From assembly GCA_013115145.1 (NCBI GenBank), contig JAAPAO010000111.1, forward strand, positions 1-64,000: a DNA stretch of 64,000 nt, in the 5' to 3' direction. Origin of the DNA: Perkinsus chesapeaki ATCC PRA-425. Its lineage: Eukaryota > Protista > Perkinsozoa. Made by a program: the position numbers and the translations under genes. The notes beneath the pieces are model-generated. The model saw only the letters and a program-made list of their open reading frames with translations, was not told where the DNA came from and made no database searches. Below, one piece after another: positions 1-11,575 of the stretch. The first letter of the stretch is position 1, and each line of letters begins with the position of its first letter.

Positions 1-2
1 AT

Positions 3-158
3 GGTTGGATTGCTGCCTCTCTCAATTCTGTTATACTCGTCCTCGGCATAGTCGTCGGCTACTTCTCCGTCCGACGTGCTATTAAAACTGGACGCATACG
101 TGAATGGGATGCGGAGGTTTCCCGCCCTACTATGCAATGCGGTGAACCTATTGATTGA
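3..158 (+). CDS. 3' end of another APC-family transporter paralog (partial, begins before the window)
   Basis: Frame 3 reads GWIAASLNSVILVLGIVVGYFSVRRAIKTGRIREWDAEVSRPTMQCGEPID* (TGA 156-158). This parallels the last TM helix of the minus-strand copies (DWLTLILNCVVLVLGIPLGWLAVKHADKLG...W). Confidence 0.55.
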   Translation, partial: GWIAASLNSVILVLGIVVGYFSVRRAIKTGRIREWDAEVSRPTMQCGEPID

Positions 159-473
159 TTTTACGTTTTTTTTCAACGTTTAAGACGTAGATTTTACTGC
201 GGATCACAACATATTTGCCCGTGCATCTCAGTGTTGTCTTTGATACTCGGCGGATTTCAATTCACGAGCAGGAGAATAATTTGGGGGTTGCCGGAAACTC
301 AACATCAACAGATGTGAAATCAGCATATCGTCAGTAGTGACATCAATCTAGTAAAATATGTTATGAACAAAACCAGTAGAAAACCATTGGTTATTGGTGC
401 TAGCAATGAGCTAGCTTGAAGAAGAAGACACGAATGAATTGTCTCCTCTTTTAGCGACAAGTTTAGGAGCTAT

Positions 474-2586
474 CTAGCTTTCAAGTCGAATCCCTGCTCC
501 CAGGTTATCCACAATATTATCGAATTCCTCTCTTGTCGGAGCCTTTCCTTCGCCAGTTAGTGAGGGTTGGGCGGCATCCGAGCTGGTATCGTGCACCTCA
601 TCGAGACCAGCATCGAAGCCATCCTCCCAGTTTTGCTTAATGCCAAGCTTATCAGCATGTTTAACGGCTAACCAACCCAAAGGTATACCGAGAACCAAAA
701 CTACACAGTTGAGGATCAGGGTCAACCAATCAGCGATAAAAGACGCTATCACAACAAAGGAGCCGAAAACAACACATGGTGTGAGAGCAATCAGTAACCA
801 CCAGAAAGACTTGATCGGAATCTTGAAAGGTCTCTCCTAAAATAATAGTTATGAAAACATTACGACGCCGTTGCGCAGCAGTTACTAAATCTGGCTGTGA
901 CCATCGTAACTTGACAAGACCAAATATTTCCAACAACTCCGAAAGACATGACAGGAAGGAATCAACGGACATGATAGCATTGAAGTCGAAAGCCACCTGA
1001 GGATTACGAATGCTTGAAGCTAGGTATAAGGTAGAACAATTGGTACTAAAACACAGATGACGACTAATTGGAATAATATGGCAAACCAAGGTGTACGATA
1101 ACGGGGATGGAGGTATCCAAACCATCCAGGAGCAAGGCCAGCACGAGCCATACCTAGCGAAGAGACGAGGTCATTAGTTAATTCCGCAAATGTGGTACCC
1201 ACCGCAAACCAGGTAGCTGTTTTCAAGGAGCTCTGTAATATACTGACCAGCGCTGCTGACGACACTCGCGGAAACCAACCACCATCCGAACCAATCACCA
1301 AACGCTCGTTTGGCAACCCCAGAAAAGGAACCGGCCTCCCAGTTCTGAAAGATAATATGTAATGTGATATCAAGTGTAGCTTTACCTGCCAGTTGTCACC
1401 ATCGATACCAGCGGCAGTAGAAAGGACAAAGAAATATTGCAAAGTGACGATAACCATACAACCGAGGAGTGCTCGGATAACAGTATAAGAGGGACGTTTG
1501 GTCTCGCCTGCCACTGTAGAAACACAGTCAACCTGAAGATCGAGGAGGAGCAATACACCACCGGATACGATAGAGTGGGATCTTACACCGGCCATATTCC
1601 AGAAGCAGACGATGGCCCAGTTAACCCAGTTGATTTCACTGGTCGGAAGAGTCTCACCAAGGACACTGAGGTCGGCCTAAATTTAGAGAATGCAGACACA
1701 CACTTACATCGATGTTACCTTAGTCAGACCCCATGTAATGAAAACAATAAACGGGACGATTACGAAGACAGACATTTGCAGTAGCCCTGAAACGGATGAT
1801 ATAAAGGAGATCCTTAAGCAAGGGCTGCTTACCGACGCCAGTGACCTTTATAGAGAAAAGCAGCGGGATGCTGAATGTAACGCTGAGGGCAGCTTTGAAC
1901 AGCCAAGCCATGCCTGTCGACATATTGCCGAAACTAGGTGTCACTTCGTCGATTGTTTGGAAGATTATGATCTGACGACAGACCATGGATGCTGCTGATT
2001 CGGCAGTGCCCAGTGGGTCAACAGTTCTTACAGGATAGCCAGCTGCACTCACAACACCGCTTAAACAACCCCAGTATAACTCTTGGACGCCCCAGAACTT
2101 TCCGAATGCCGCTTTAACCTAGAGACCGCGTGTTATTTAATTGCACGGCAAGCTAAGCAAGGCTCCGTCGCATGAACTAAGGTCTCTCGACGAAAATGCA
2201 CGAGGCGAGGAGGCGCTCACCCAGAGTGAATATCCGCCGTTATGCGGAAAAGCACTTGAGAGTTCGGCGGTTAAGAATGCCATAGGTATGCACCTGAACA
2301 GGGGACCTGAACCTAAGCGGAGTGGCCAATCAGGAATGCTGATTATACCAGCAGACTAGACACGCAGTTATTCCCATAATGCCCCAGAATGGACCAGCGG
2401 CTGAATATATCCCTTCAGAACCGAATGGACCTGCAGTACGAAATAATACTTCTTGACGAATGCCACTGGGAACAACGTACCTCCAGAAATACTGAAGTAT
2501 GATATGGCACCAAGCGATAAAACTCCAAGGGTCCTCATATTATTGAGTCTTAACTGATTACTTGTGACTATTATGCACGCATGCAT
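474..2586 (-). CDS. APC-superfamily polyamine/amino-acid transporter (PUT/RMV1/POT1-like), copy 1, multi-exon; start uncertain
   Basis: Spliced exons give SGGPFGSE, AELSSAFPHNGGYSLW, DCVSTVAGETKRP, WEAGSFSGVAKRAFGDWFGWWL, MARAGLAPGWFGYLHPRYRTPWFAI and RPFKIP. Multiple TM segments and short GT-AG introns are present. Confidence 0.85.
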
Positions 2587-2754
2587 AGCTAAAAGAACCC
2601 CTTGCCAAAGTTGTGGGTGCAGATTGCGTGATTACTTGGCTCTTTATATGCAGTTTTCATAAGACTTGTTTCGTGAATACTCAAAAGGAATCCTCACTCT
2701 TTTCATGAGTATTGACCGTCGAGCGTGATCGAATTGCACGTCTGTTACAGAAAA

Positions 2755-2787
2755 CGGAAAATGTACAGACGGTCTGTACATTTTCCG
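2755..2787. repeat. Perfect 16+1+16 palindrome
   Basis: CGGAAAATGTACAGAC-G-GTCTGTACATTTTCCG. Confidence 0.95.
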
Positions 2788-3535
2788 GCTGCACCGTTGG
2801 GTCCCATTCACCTTCATTCTCATAACCAGCACGAGTATAGCGAGAACAAATTTCTATCCCCTATGCCCACCCACAGGCGCACGAAGCTTCATTCGAGAGG
2901 GGAAATAAAGCCTTCCTAGCTGAAGCAACATACAATGGCTCCATGTGAACGCATCCCCTTCAAGAACGCATGTACATATTGAAATAATCTCGCGAACCTT
3001 GGCCACTTCCGCTTCACAAGTTCTGATTCGACACCCGAATTTCCCTCGCTGAGATTTGGGGTTTCCAAATACCTCTAGTAAAAGATGGTCGCCCACCATT
3101 GGTAGATGCTTTGTAGTCTACTTTTGACTTGTGCCGCAAGTTTGGCTGGAAGGACATTTCACACCGAGTGAAATGTCCTCCCAGCTATCGAAGGATTACC
3201 TGCGCTGCGCATACTGCGATGACTCGCCCATGAGGGCCAACAATCCGAGGAGACATATTGGCACCGTTCACCCCGGGAAACCCTTCAAAGCAAAACCGAA
3301 GCCTGGTGTTCGCAGTATCCTGGATACGTTTCCCAAAAGACCGTGGATCGACGACGGGAGCGATCGCGAGATGCAAGACCATGGGCCGCCAAAGATGCCT
3401 TGTGGTAAGGCGTGTGCTACTATGGTGTGTGTTCTTGTACCGGTCATATCACATGAATCAAATTTTGGATTCACAGCTCCAAGCAAAGCCTTTCCTTTGT
3501 AGGTAAAGATGCAGAGTACGAGGAGAAGAATGATA

Positions 3536-3704
3536 ACTCTCCTCCTCCTGCTGGTGGTGTTTCCCACCCCACTTGCGCACCACTCTCCTCCTCCTCCCGC
3601 TGGTGGTGTTTCCTGCCCCACTTGCGCACCACTCTCCCCCTCCTCCTGCTGCTGGTGGTGTTTCACACCCCACTTGCGCCCCACTCTCCTCATCCTCATC
3701 CTCC
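3536..3704 (+). repeat. Three tandem copies of a ~50-nt unit
   Basis: GCTGGTGGTGTTTC recurs at 3550, 3599 and 3651 (periods 49 and 52). The unit resembles a frame-broken SPPPAGGVSxPTCAPLS coding repeat. Confidence 0.85.
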
Positions 3705-3929
3705 GGGATGAGGTACCTGAATGGCTCCAGATGGCGGAGTACACGCTAGGAGCTAAAGCGCTCATTGGTGACGTCAACCTGTCTGTTCTGCACGACCCTT
3801 ACGATTTGCCAGTTGATGTGAGTGACGGTGCTTTCGAAAGTGATGGTTGTACCGAACCTAGAGTCTTTGGTCGGCTTGCTGAGTAGGTTACAACTTATTC
3901 AGGTAAGCAACTTGACATCGAGGCAGTAA

Positions 3930-3951
3930 CTGCTCACTGAGCAGTGCTCAG
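3930..3951. repeat. 22-nt double palindrome (putative transposon excision footprint)
   Basis: CTGCTCA-C-TGAGCA-G-TGCTCAG. Confidence 0.9.
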
Positions 3952-4717
3952 TATGTGACTCTATGACAAAGAGTTCGGGCCTATATCATCACTAGTGTGC
4001 CTGGTAGCCGCCGCATCACTACTCTTTGAGAGAAAATGCACTCTGATAGGACTTACTTCGGAGGTGTTGAAAGATGCTCTTTGGGTAGCCGCTCATTTCA
4101 GCCTCCGCGTTAGTGCGGAAAGTATAGTCGAGCCTATGTGCTCGACTCTTGGCTCCATGAGTGATCGACGCCATTCATCATCGGAGCTGCGCGCTACCAC
4201 AGCTGTGCTAGCGTTGAACAAACTATCGGTTGCCCAAGTAGAGCCCCTTCTCCAGGGTGCCTTGCAGCGAATGCCTTCGTTTCTCTGGTTTTCAGCGCTC
4301 AGGCGCGCAATTGTACAGAAGCCGGAAGCTCATGTATTCACGGGTACTAGATAGAATAATATCAACTGATTTGCGCAAGGAAATAGCAGCTGTGCCATGG
4401 CCTGCCATCAAACGTGTTGCTCGATCAGAAAGCTCTCATGAAGAGGACGAGCTGAGTAGCGAAACTGGATCTAGCGAATCGCCCGAATCTGAGTCGAAGA
4501 CTGACTGATCCAGTCTGACTCGAGTGGCTCTTGATTCATGTCATTGGGATACAGTTTCTGTATTATAGAATATCGTTAACTTGTATGTCAGAAATAGCAG
4601 CTGCATGTGCGGTACAAGCTGTTGTTGTAGTACAGTTACTGTACCGTACAGGGCCGGATTATATTCTTTGGCTGCTCTCTTAATAGTTATTAGTCCAGTA
4701 TTAGATCACAGTAATCA

Positions 4718-4739
4718 TCATGCTAAGCATGACATGCTT
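4718..4739. repeat. 22-nt double palindrome (putative transposon excision footprint)
   Basis: TCATGCT-A-AGCATG-A-CATGCTT. Confidence 0.9.
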
Positions 4740-5650
4740 AGACCTCATAGCAGTTTTTGATTATGACGTGTAGGTTACCAGTGGCAACTCCCAAGTGGTA
4801 TTTAAACTGTTACGAAACCTGATTTTCCATCGCGGTAATGTGGAAATGCGTTCAGTGCCGGGATGTTGTTCACTACACGCCCTCGCAGGCTGTGACTGAG
4901 TCACAGTGACCCACTGTGGGTCACTCTCAAGTTGTGAGTTACAACGTGGGTGCTTTCTTCGGAAGAATCTAGACTCTAGATTCTAGACCGGATGCATTCC
5001 GCATCCGAGGGCCTGCACAAGGAGGCCGGGTGAGGAAAGTGCTTGTTCATTGGTTGAGGAAACCTTGCAATTTTTCCCACACTGGTTGTCTTAGTCCTCA
5101 GAGCTCATGAACTGATAGCGCGACACCAGGCGAGGCTCACCCCTCGGACCTGCTGGAACCCTAGTGGTGGCAAAGGATGAGCTCGTCAGGGTTCTCACAT
5201 GAAGCCGACTCAAGTGACCCAGTGTGCTGCAATTATACGTGACTGAACTGCCCACCTATTTATCCACACGGGAACAAGAAGTCCGATAACGAAGCCCTTG
5301 ATTGCATGGCTGCGGTTGGGTCCAACTGAGTACACAACTTGATGGATGAAATAATACTGAGCGTTTTCCTTCTCCTGACGGAGAGGTTTTCGAGTTCCAG
5401 AGGCCACATAGGTTTTCTCATATCTTCATACTGGGCGATTGTTACATACACTCGCTTAACAACAAGCACAGCTTCAACCAGAGGAAACAGGAACGGTGGA
5501 CAGCAATACTAACTGGAGATTCATCAACAGCGACTACTCTGTGGTATTTATCTTTCTGACGAAAATGGACAAGCCCCGATCAATTATCTCTCGTTAGAGT
5601 GATGTAACGAGATTTGAGGAAAACAGGGGAAGCCGTTCAACTAACGATCT

Positions 5651-7713
5651 TCACACGTTCTCTCCGGCCTTCTCGGATTGCTCTCTTGTCGGAGCCTTTC
5701 CTTCGCCAGTTAGAGAGGGTTCGGCGGCATCCGAGCTGGTATCGTGCACCTCATCGAGACCAGCATCGAAGCCATCCTCCCAGTTTTGCTTAATGCCAAG
5801 CTTATCAGCATGTTTAACGGCTAACCAACCCAAAGGTATACCGAGAACCAAAACTACACAGTTGAGGATGAGGGTCAACCAATCAGCGATAAAAGACGCT
5901 ATCACAACAAAGGAGCCAAAAACAAGGCATGGTGTAAGAGCAATCAGTAACCACCAGAAAGACTTGATCGGAATCTTGAAAGGTCTCTCCTAAAATAATA
6001 GTTATGGGTTAATGCAGCATACTCTAGCTGAGGGCAATTACCAAATTAGGCTGTGACCATCTCAGTTTGATAAGAGCAAAGACTTCCAGTAAAGCTGACA
6101 GACAGGACATGAATGAATCTACAGCTAATATAGCATTGAAGTCGAAGGACACCTGAGAAATTATGAATGCATTAGAAATGATATCGGAGCCAGTCATTGA
6201 TGCTTACCAATGCACAGATGACGACTAATTGGAAGAATATGGCAAACCACGGTGTACGATAACGGGGATGGAGGTATCCAAACCATCCAGGAGCGAGGCC
6301 AGCACGAGCCATACCTAGCGAAGGCAAATGTTGAGTTAATGATGGTGATGTGGTTCGTACCGCAGATTTGATAACTGTCCTCTAGCAATTCAGCCACATA
6401 TTGTCCAGCACTGCCGACAATAGCAGCAGCAACTAACCACCATCCAAACCAATCACCGAAGGCTCGTTTAGCAACTCCGGATAGGGCACCGGCCTCCCAG
6501 TTCTGAACAATGATAAGAATAATATGAAATATGATATTAAGTGTAGCTGTACCTGCCAGTTGTCACCATCGATACCAGCGGCAGTAGAAAGGACAAAGAA
6601 ATATTGCAAAGTGACGATAACCATACAACCGAGGAGTGCTCGGATAACAGTATAAGAGGGACGTTTGGTCTCGCCTGCCACTGTAGAAACACAGTCAACC
6701 TGAAGATCGAGGAGGAGCAATACACCACCGGATACGATAGAGTGGGATCTTACACCGGCCATATTCCAGAAGCAGACGATGGCCCAGTTAACCCAGTCGA
6801 TTTCACTAGTCGGAAGAGTCTCACCAAGGACACTGAGGTCGGCCTAAATTTAGAGAATGCAGACACACACTTACATCGATGTTACCTTAGTTAGACCCCA
6901 TATAATGAAAACAATAAACGGGACGATTACGAAGACAGACATTTGCAGTAGCCCTGAAACGAATGACATAAAGGAGATCCTCAAGCAAGGGATACTTACC
7001 GACGCCTGTGACCTTTATAGAGAAAAGCATCGGGATGCTGAATATAACGCAGAGGGCAGCTTTGAACAGCCAAGCTAGCCCAGCTGACATAGCACCGAAA
7101 CTATCAGGTGCTACGTTACTGATTGTTTGGAAGATGATGACCTGGAATAGAAATCATTATTATAATAATGTTAGTTATTATTATTACGGGATAGACAGCA
7201 TTGTCTACAACGCCGCTGACCCAGGACCAATAAGATTCCTGCACACCCCAGAACTTACCGAAGGCAGCTTTAACCTAAATAATATATAAATAGGTATATA
7301 ACAAGTAGGCAGAAGCTTACCCAAAGGGAATAACCACCATTATACGGGAAAGCACTCGACAACTCAGCGGTCATGAACGATAAAGGTATGGCCCTGAAGG
7401 TAGGCAGCTGATTTAGAAGTGGAAAATTATGTTGTTATATTACCAACAGAATAGACCCATAATCATTCCTATAATACCCCATAGAGGGCCACCGGCTGAA
7501 TACATTTCTTCAGAGCCAAATGGACCTCCCGAAACATTGAAGAAAGCTATGGCACCAAGCGAGAAGACACCAATAGTTCTCACGTTAGTGAAAGAACCGG
7601 GTTTGAGATCTTCCGAGGACCTATAAGACAATTGGGGATGACGATGATGCTGCTGCAGGCTGGCAGGCTCACCTAGTGGAGGGGAGTGATGCTGGAGACA
7701 AGGCGCTGGTCAT
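5651..7713 (-). CDS. APC-superfamily polyamine/amino-acid transporter, copy 2, multi-exon
   Basis: MTSALSPASLPSTR|SSEDLKPGSFTNVRTIGVFSLGAIAFFNVSGGPFGSEEMYSAGGPLWGIIG..., MTAELSSAFPYNGGYSLW, WEAGALSGVAKRAFGDWFGWWL, AELLEDSYQICG. Stop at 5651. Confidence 0.85.
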
Positions 7714-7960
7714 TTTATACGAACGTTAAGACGGTTCCCAGACGTAGAACATGCACGATGAAAGCTGAGGGGATGGAAAGGTAGGTGGAGCCTTATCGTC
7801 CAAGGGCAGCAGCGGCAGCACAACACTTCAAACTAAAAGAAATGTCGGAGAGGAGAGTTACTGGGGGCGGATGAAGAAACCCGATATCCCGGAAAAGCTA
7901 AGACAGACGACGTAGCGTTGCCGCACAGCACAAAGTGGTGTACTCAGCGGATACAACAAT

Positions 7961-10029
7961 CTAATGATGATTCGACGGCTCCGACGGGGTGGTGTCTCCA
8001 CTGGGGCCAGGGTCATCGGAAGGCTTATTCTCGTGAGTGGTAGATCGACTTGGCTCTTGGCGGTGATCGAAGTTGTCGTCATTGCAGTCAAAACCGTTCT
8101 CCCACATGTGCTCGTCCAAGCCCAACTTGTCGGCATGCTTCAACGCAAACCATCCAAGAAGCAATCCGATGGCCAAAGCACCACAGTTAAGCCCGAATGT
8201 TAGCCACCCGGCGATGAAGGAAACGACAACGACAAAAATACCGTAAATCAGAGCTGGAGAAACAAACACCAGGACGCCCCAAAAGGACCTTAAGGGAATA
8301 CGGTTAGGGCGATCCTGAATAGGAATGGAAAGGTGAAGAGAACGTACAACTGTTACCAGGTCTGGCCTTGACCATCTCAGCTTTAAAAGAGCTAAGAACT
8401 CCAGGAGATTGGACATACATGCCATGAAAGAATCCACGGATAGAATAGTATTGAAGTCGAATGACACCTGAGAGGGATAGAAGGAGGTGGGGAGACAGGC
8501 GCTAGTGGAGATACTACCAGCACACAAATGACAGCGACTTGGAAAAATATGGCGACCCATGGGGTTTTGTACTTGGGGTGAAGGTAGCCGAACCATTTAG
8601 GGGCGAGGCCGAAGCGCGCCATGCCTGAGCTACACTGCCGACAATTGAGGAGGTTAATACTACTACCGCAGATCTGGTAGCTATCTTCGAGGAGTTCAGC
8701 CACAAATTGACCAGCACTCCCCACAATGGAGGCTGCAACGAGCCACCAACCGAACCAGGTTCCGAACGCACGCTTGGCGACGGCGGAAAGGGAGCCTGCT
8801 TCCCAGTTCTGAAAGATGGAAGTATTGTGGAGTTGAACTAGAGCGTGTGAAGTCACCTCCCAGTTGTCGCCATCGATGCCTGCCGCTGTGGCTAGGACCA
8901 GGAAGTACTGGAGGAATACTACAACCAAGCAACCAAGCAAGGAACGGATGACAGTCTTTTCCGGGCGCTTGATCTCGCCAGCTACTGTTGAGACGCAATC
9001 GACCTGCAGTGCAGGATATAAGGACTTGCGTAGGTTAGCAGTAGTACTCCGGAGAAGTTCCAGAAACATACTATGGCCCAGTTGACCCAATCGATCTCTC
9101 CTACGGGTTTACTCTCTCCCAAGACGGTAAGATCAGCCTTGGTTAAGCCCCATATGATAAATACGATAAAAGGTATTGATACGAATACCGACATTTGCAG
9201 TAGGCCTGATGGTGGGGATGATGATGATGGAGAGCTGCCTTTTCCTCCTCATCCTCCGAATGAGAAGGTTGATGATATATTACCGTATCCTGTTATCTTT
9301 ATAGAGAACAGCATAGGCACACTAAACATAACGCTCATAACAGCTTTGATGAGCCATTGGAGGCCACCAGACATGGAGCCAAATGACTCAGGTGCTACGT
9401 TACTGATTGTTTGGAAGATGATGACCTGAAATAGAAATCATTATTATAATAATGTTGGTTATTGATATTACGGGATAGACAGCATTGTCTACAACGCCGC
9501 TGACCCAGGACCAATAAGATTCCTGCACACCCCAGAACTTACCGAAGGCAGCTTTAACCTAAATAATATATAAATAGGTATATAACAAGTAGGCAGAAGC
9601 TTACCCAAAGGGAATAACCACCATTATACGGGAAAGCACTCGACAACTCAGCGGTCATGAACGACATTGGTATAGACCTAAAGAGTAAGTGCAATATGGT
9701 AGGGAGTAATGGATATAGTACCAACAGAATAGACCCAGAACCATTCCTATAATGCCCCATAAAGGGCCACCCGTGGAGAACATTTCTTCAGAGCCAAATG
9801 GACCTGTAATAGACATTGGGAAATAGCAGGCGATAATAATAATACTACCTCCAGAGACATTGAAGAAGGCTATGGCACCAAGCGAGAAGACACCGATGGT
9901 CCTAACTTTAGTAAAGGCACCTTTCAGTTGAGCTTCAGAGGACCTATAAAGAGTATTATATCGCCTATGAAAAGCCTGTGCATATTGCCTAGTGGAGAGC
10001 GATGCTGGGGACGCGGCGGCGCTGTTCAT
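7961..10029 (-). CDS. APC-superfamily polyamine/amino-acid transporter, copy 3, multi-exon
   Basis: MNSAAASPASLSTR|SSEAQLKGAFTKVRTIG..., GPFGSEEMFSTGGPLWG, IDWVNWAIVCFWNFSG, DCVSTVAGEIKRPEK, MARFGLAPKWFGYLHPKYKTPW, RPNRIP. Stop at 7961. Confidence 0.87.
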
Positions 10030-10682
10030 CTTGATATCGTTAAGATGGTTCCCACACGTAGAACATGCACAAACAAGGCAGCTGACGAAGGATATAAGGA
10101 TAGTAATAAACAAGATACCATCGTAACTCTCAACACGCACTCATAGGACAAAAATGCGACACAAAGAGGCTGTCCCCGTTAGCTGAATGAGGATTGTGAA
10201 GAGGTAGAGTAGAAGGAAATGTGGTAGAAATATACAGACGACCATCAGCAAGGTTTATGAGAGATCGCGGGAAGACGGCAATACAAGGGATAAGAAATGG
10301 ACGTGAAAAAGCGAAGTTAAACAAACAAGAATCGCAGATCTACACAAGGCAGAAATCCACGCCTTGAAACTTTGTATGTCGAACACGAGTAATCGTGCAC
10401 GCTTCTACAAAAGATACTCAAGTATCCTAACATTCAAGTTGAAATCTGAAGCTTTTGACTAAGATACAAAAAGGTTGAAGCTTGCATATTGAATAACATC
10501 GGATGATAACGGATATATGTTTTTAAAACGTTCCTCCCATACTAGAACAACACAACAAATAAAATATATTTCCCGTATACTTATATCTTCTGCTACAGGG
10601 AAACCAATATCGAGCCGGATAAAATAGCAGTCTATCAACTGAAGGCGATACGAACCACCAACAGCCATACAAACTAACACAT

Positions 10683-11300
10683 TTATCGGAACCTCTTGAG
10701 CTGGAGAGTCTGGCGTCTCTTCCAGTTGGCACGCTTTGAGGGGCGTACCTTGGTACCGAAGTGAGAGCCACGCTTGTGGAGACCACGGCTCTTACGGCCA
10801 GCACTGGTGAGACCACGAAGCTCACGATGCTTCATAGTAGAGTGGGCGATCCAGTTCATGCGAGGATCGTTACGGATGGCGTTATGGAAGGGATCGACCA
10901 TGATGACCTCGAAGAACTTGAACTGAGCATCCTGACCAACCCAGTAAGAGTTGAGGACACGAAGGGAACCACAACGACGGCCAACACGCTCCTCAGCAAT
11001 AGCGCGGAGAGATCTAGTGGACTTCTGCTTGTTGACACCTTGGTGGACGGGCTTGCCATATACGATACCCTTAGAGACACGCTTCTTACGGTCACCCCTG
11101 CGGATACGAACACGGTAGATGACAACACCCTGCTTGGCCTTATAACCAAGACGACGGGCCTTATCGGGGCGAGTGGCCTTGGAGGCGCGATGGACAGCAG
11201 GGAGCTGACGGAACTCCCAGTTCCTAACGCGGATCAAGAAGCGCATCACATCAGACTGCTTCTTATTCCAGATCTCAGAGAGGTACTTGTAGGCTCCCAT
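10683..11300 (-). CDS. RPL15: 60S ribosomal protein L15 (eL15), intronless
   Basis: [22 protein letters not shown]...[15 protein letters not shown]...RVLNSYWV...[17 protein letters not shown], 205 aa. Confidence 0.97.
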   Translation of the reverse strand: MGAYKYLSEIWNKKQSDVMRFLIRVRNWEFRQLPAVHRASKATRPDKARRLGYKAKQGVVIYRVRIRRGDRKKRVSKGIVYGKPVHQGVNKQKSTRSLRAIAEERVGRRCGSLRVLNSYWVGQDAQFKFFEVIMVDPFHNAIRNDPRMNWIAHSTMKHRELRGLTSAGRKSRGLHKRGSHFGTKVRPSKRANWKRRQTLQLKRFR

Positions 11301-11575
11301 TATTGCAGATAGAAGATTGGGTGACTTACTCAAAGCTGGGGAACTAATCTAAACCACCAAATCGATCAAACGCAATAGCGAGTAATTTCGTGGCGAGTGA
11401 CGCTAGTGCAGATCTTCGCAGCACTCAAACTCTTACTGAAGCTGCTGAGGTGCATTACCAACACACCGTTGTATCAAGCATCTCTTCCAGAATTAATAAC
11501 TGAAAGTCCCGTGTACCTCTTTTCAATCAGTTTCTCTTACGCAAGTCAACTCTGATCGTCACTAGTGTTTTTAGG

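Larger units (their letters stand above)
3131..4508 (+). mobile_element. Degenerate, internally deleted hAT-like transposase remnant (BED-type Zn finger and hATC-like C-terminus), pseudogene
   Basis: CAYCDDSPMRANNPRRHIGTVHP has a BED-like CxxC...HxxxxHP pattern and is followed by SILDTF. Downstream LRVSAESIVEPMCSTLGSMSDRRHS resembles the hAT C-terminal SxxxERxFS...R motif. In-frame stops and frameshifts are present. Family assignment is by motif resemblance only. Confidence 0.5.

Noticed and set aside
10761-11312. 183-aa plus-strand ORF and similar long antisense ORFs in the track
   Set aside because: Shadow frames of real genes on the opposite strand (here RPL15).
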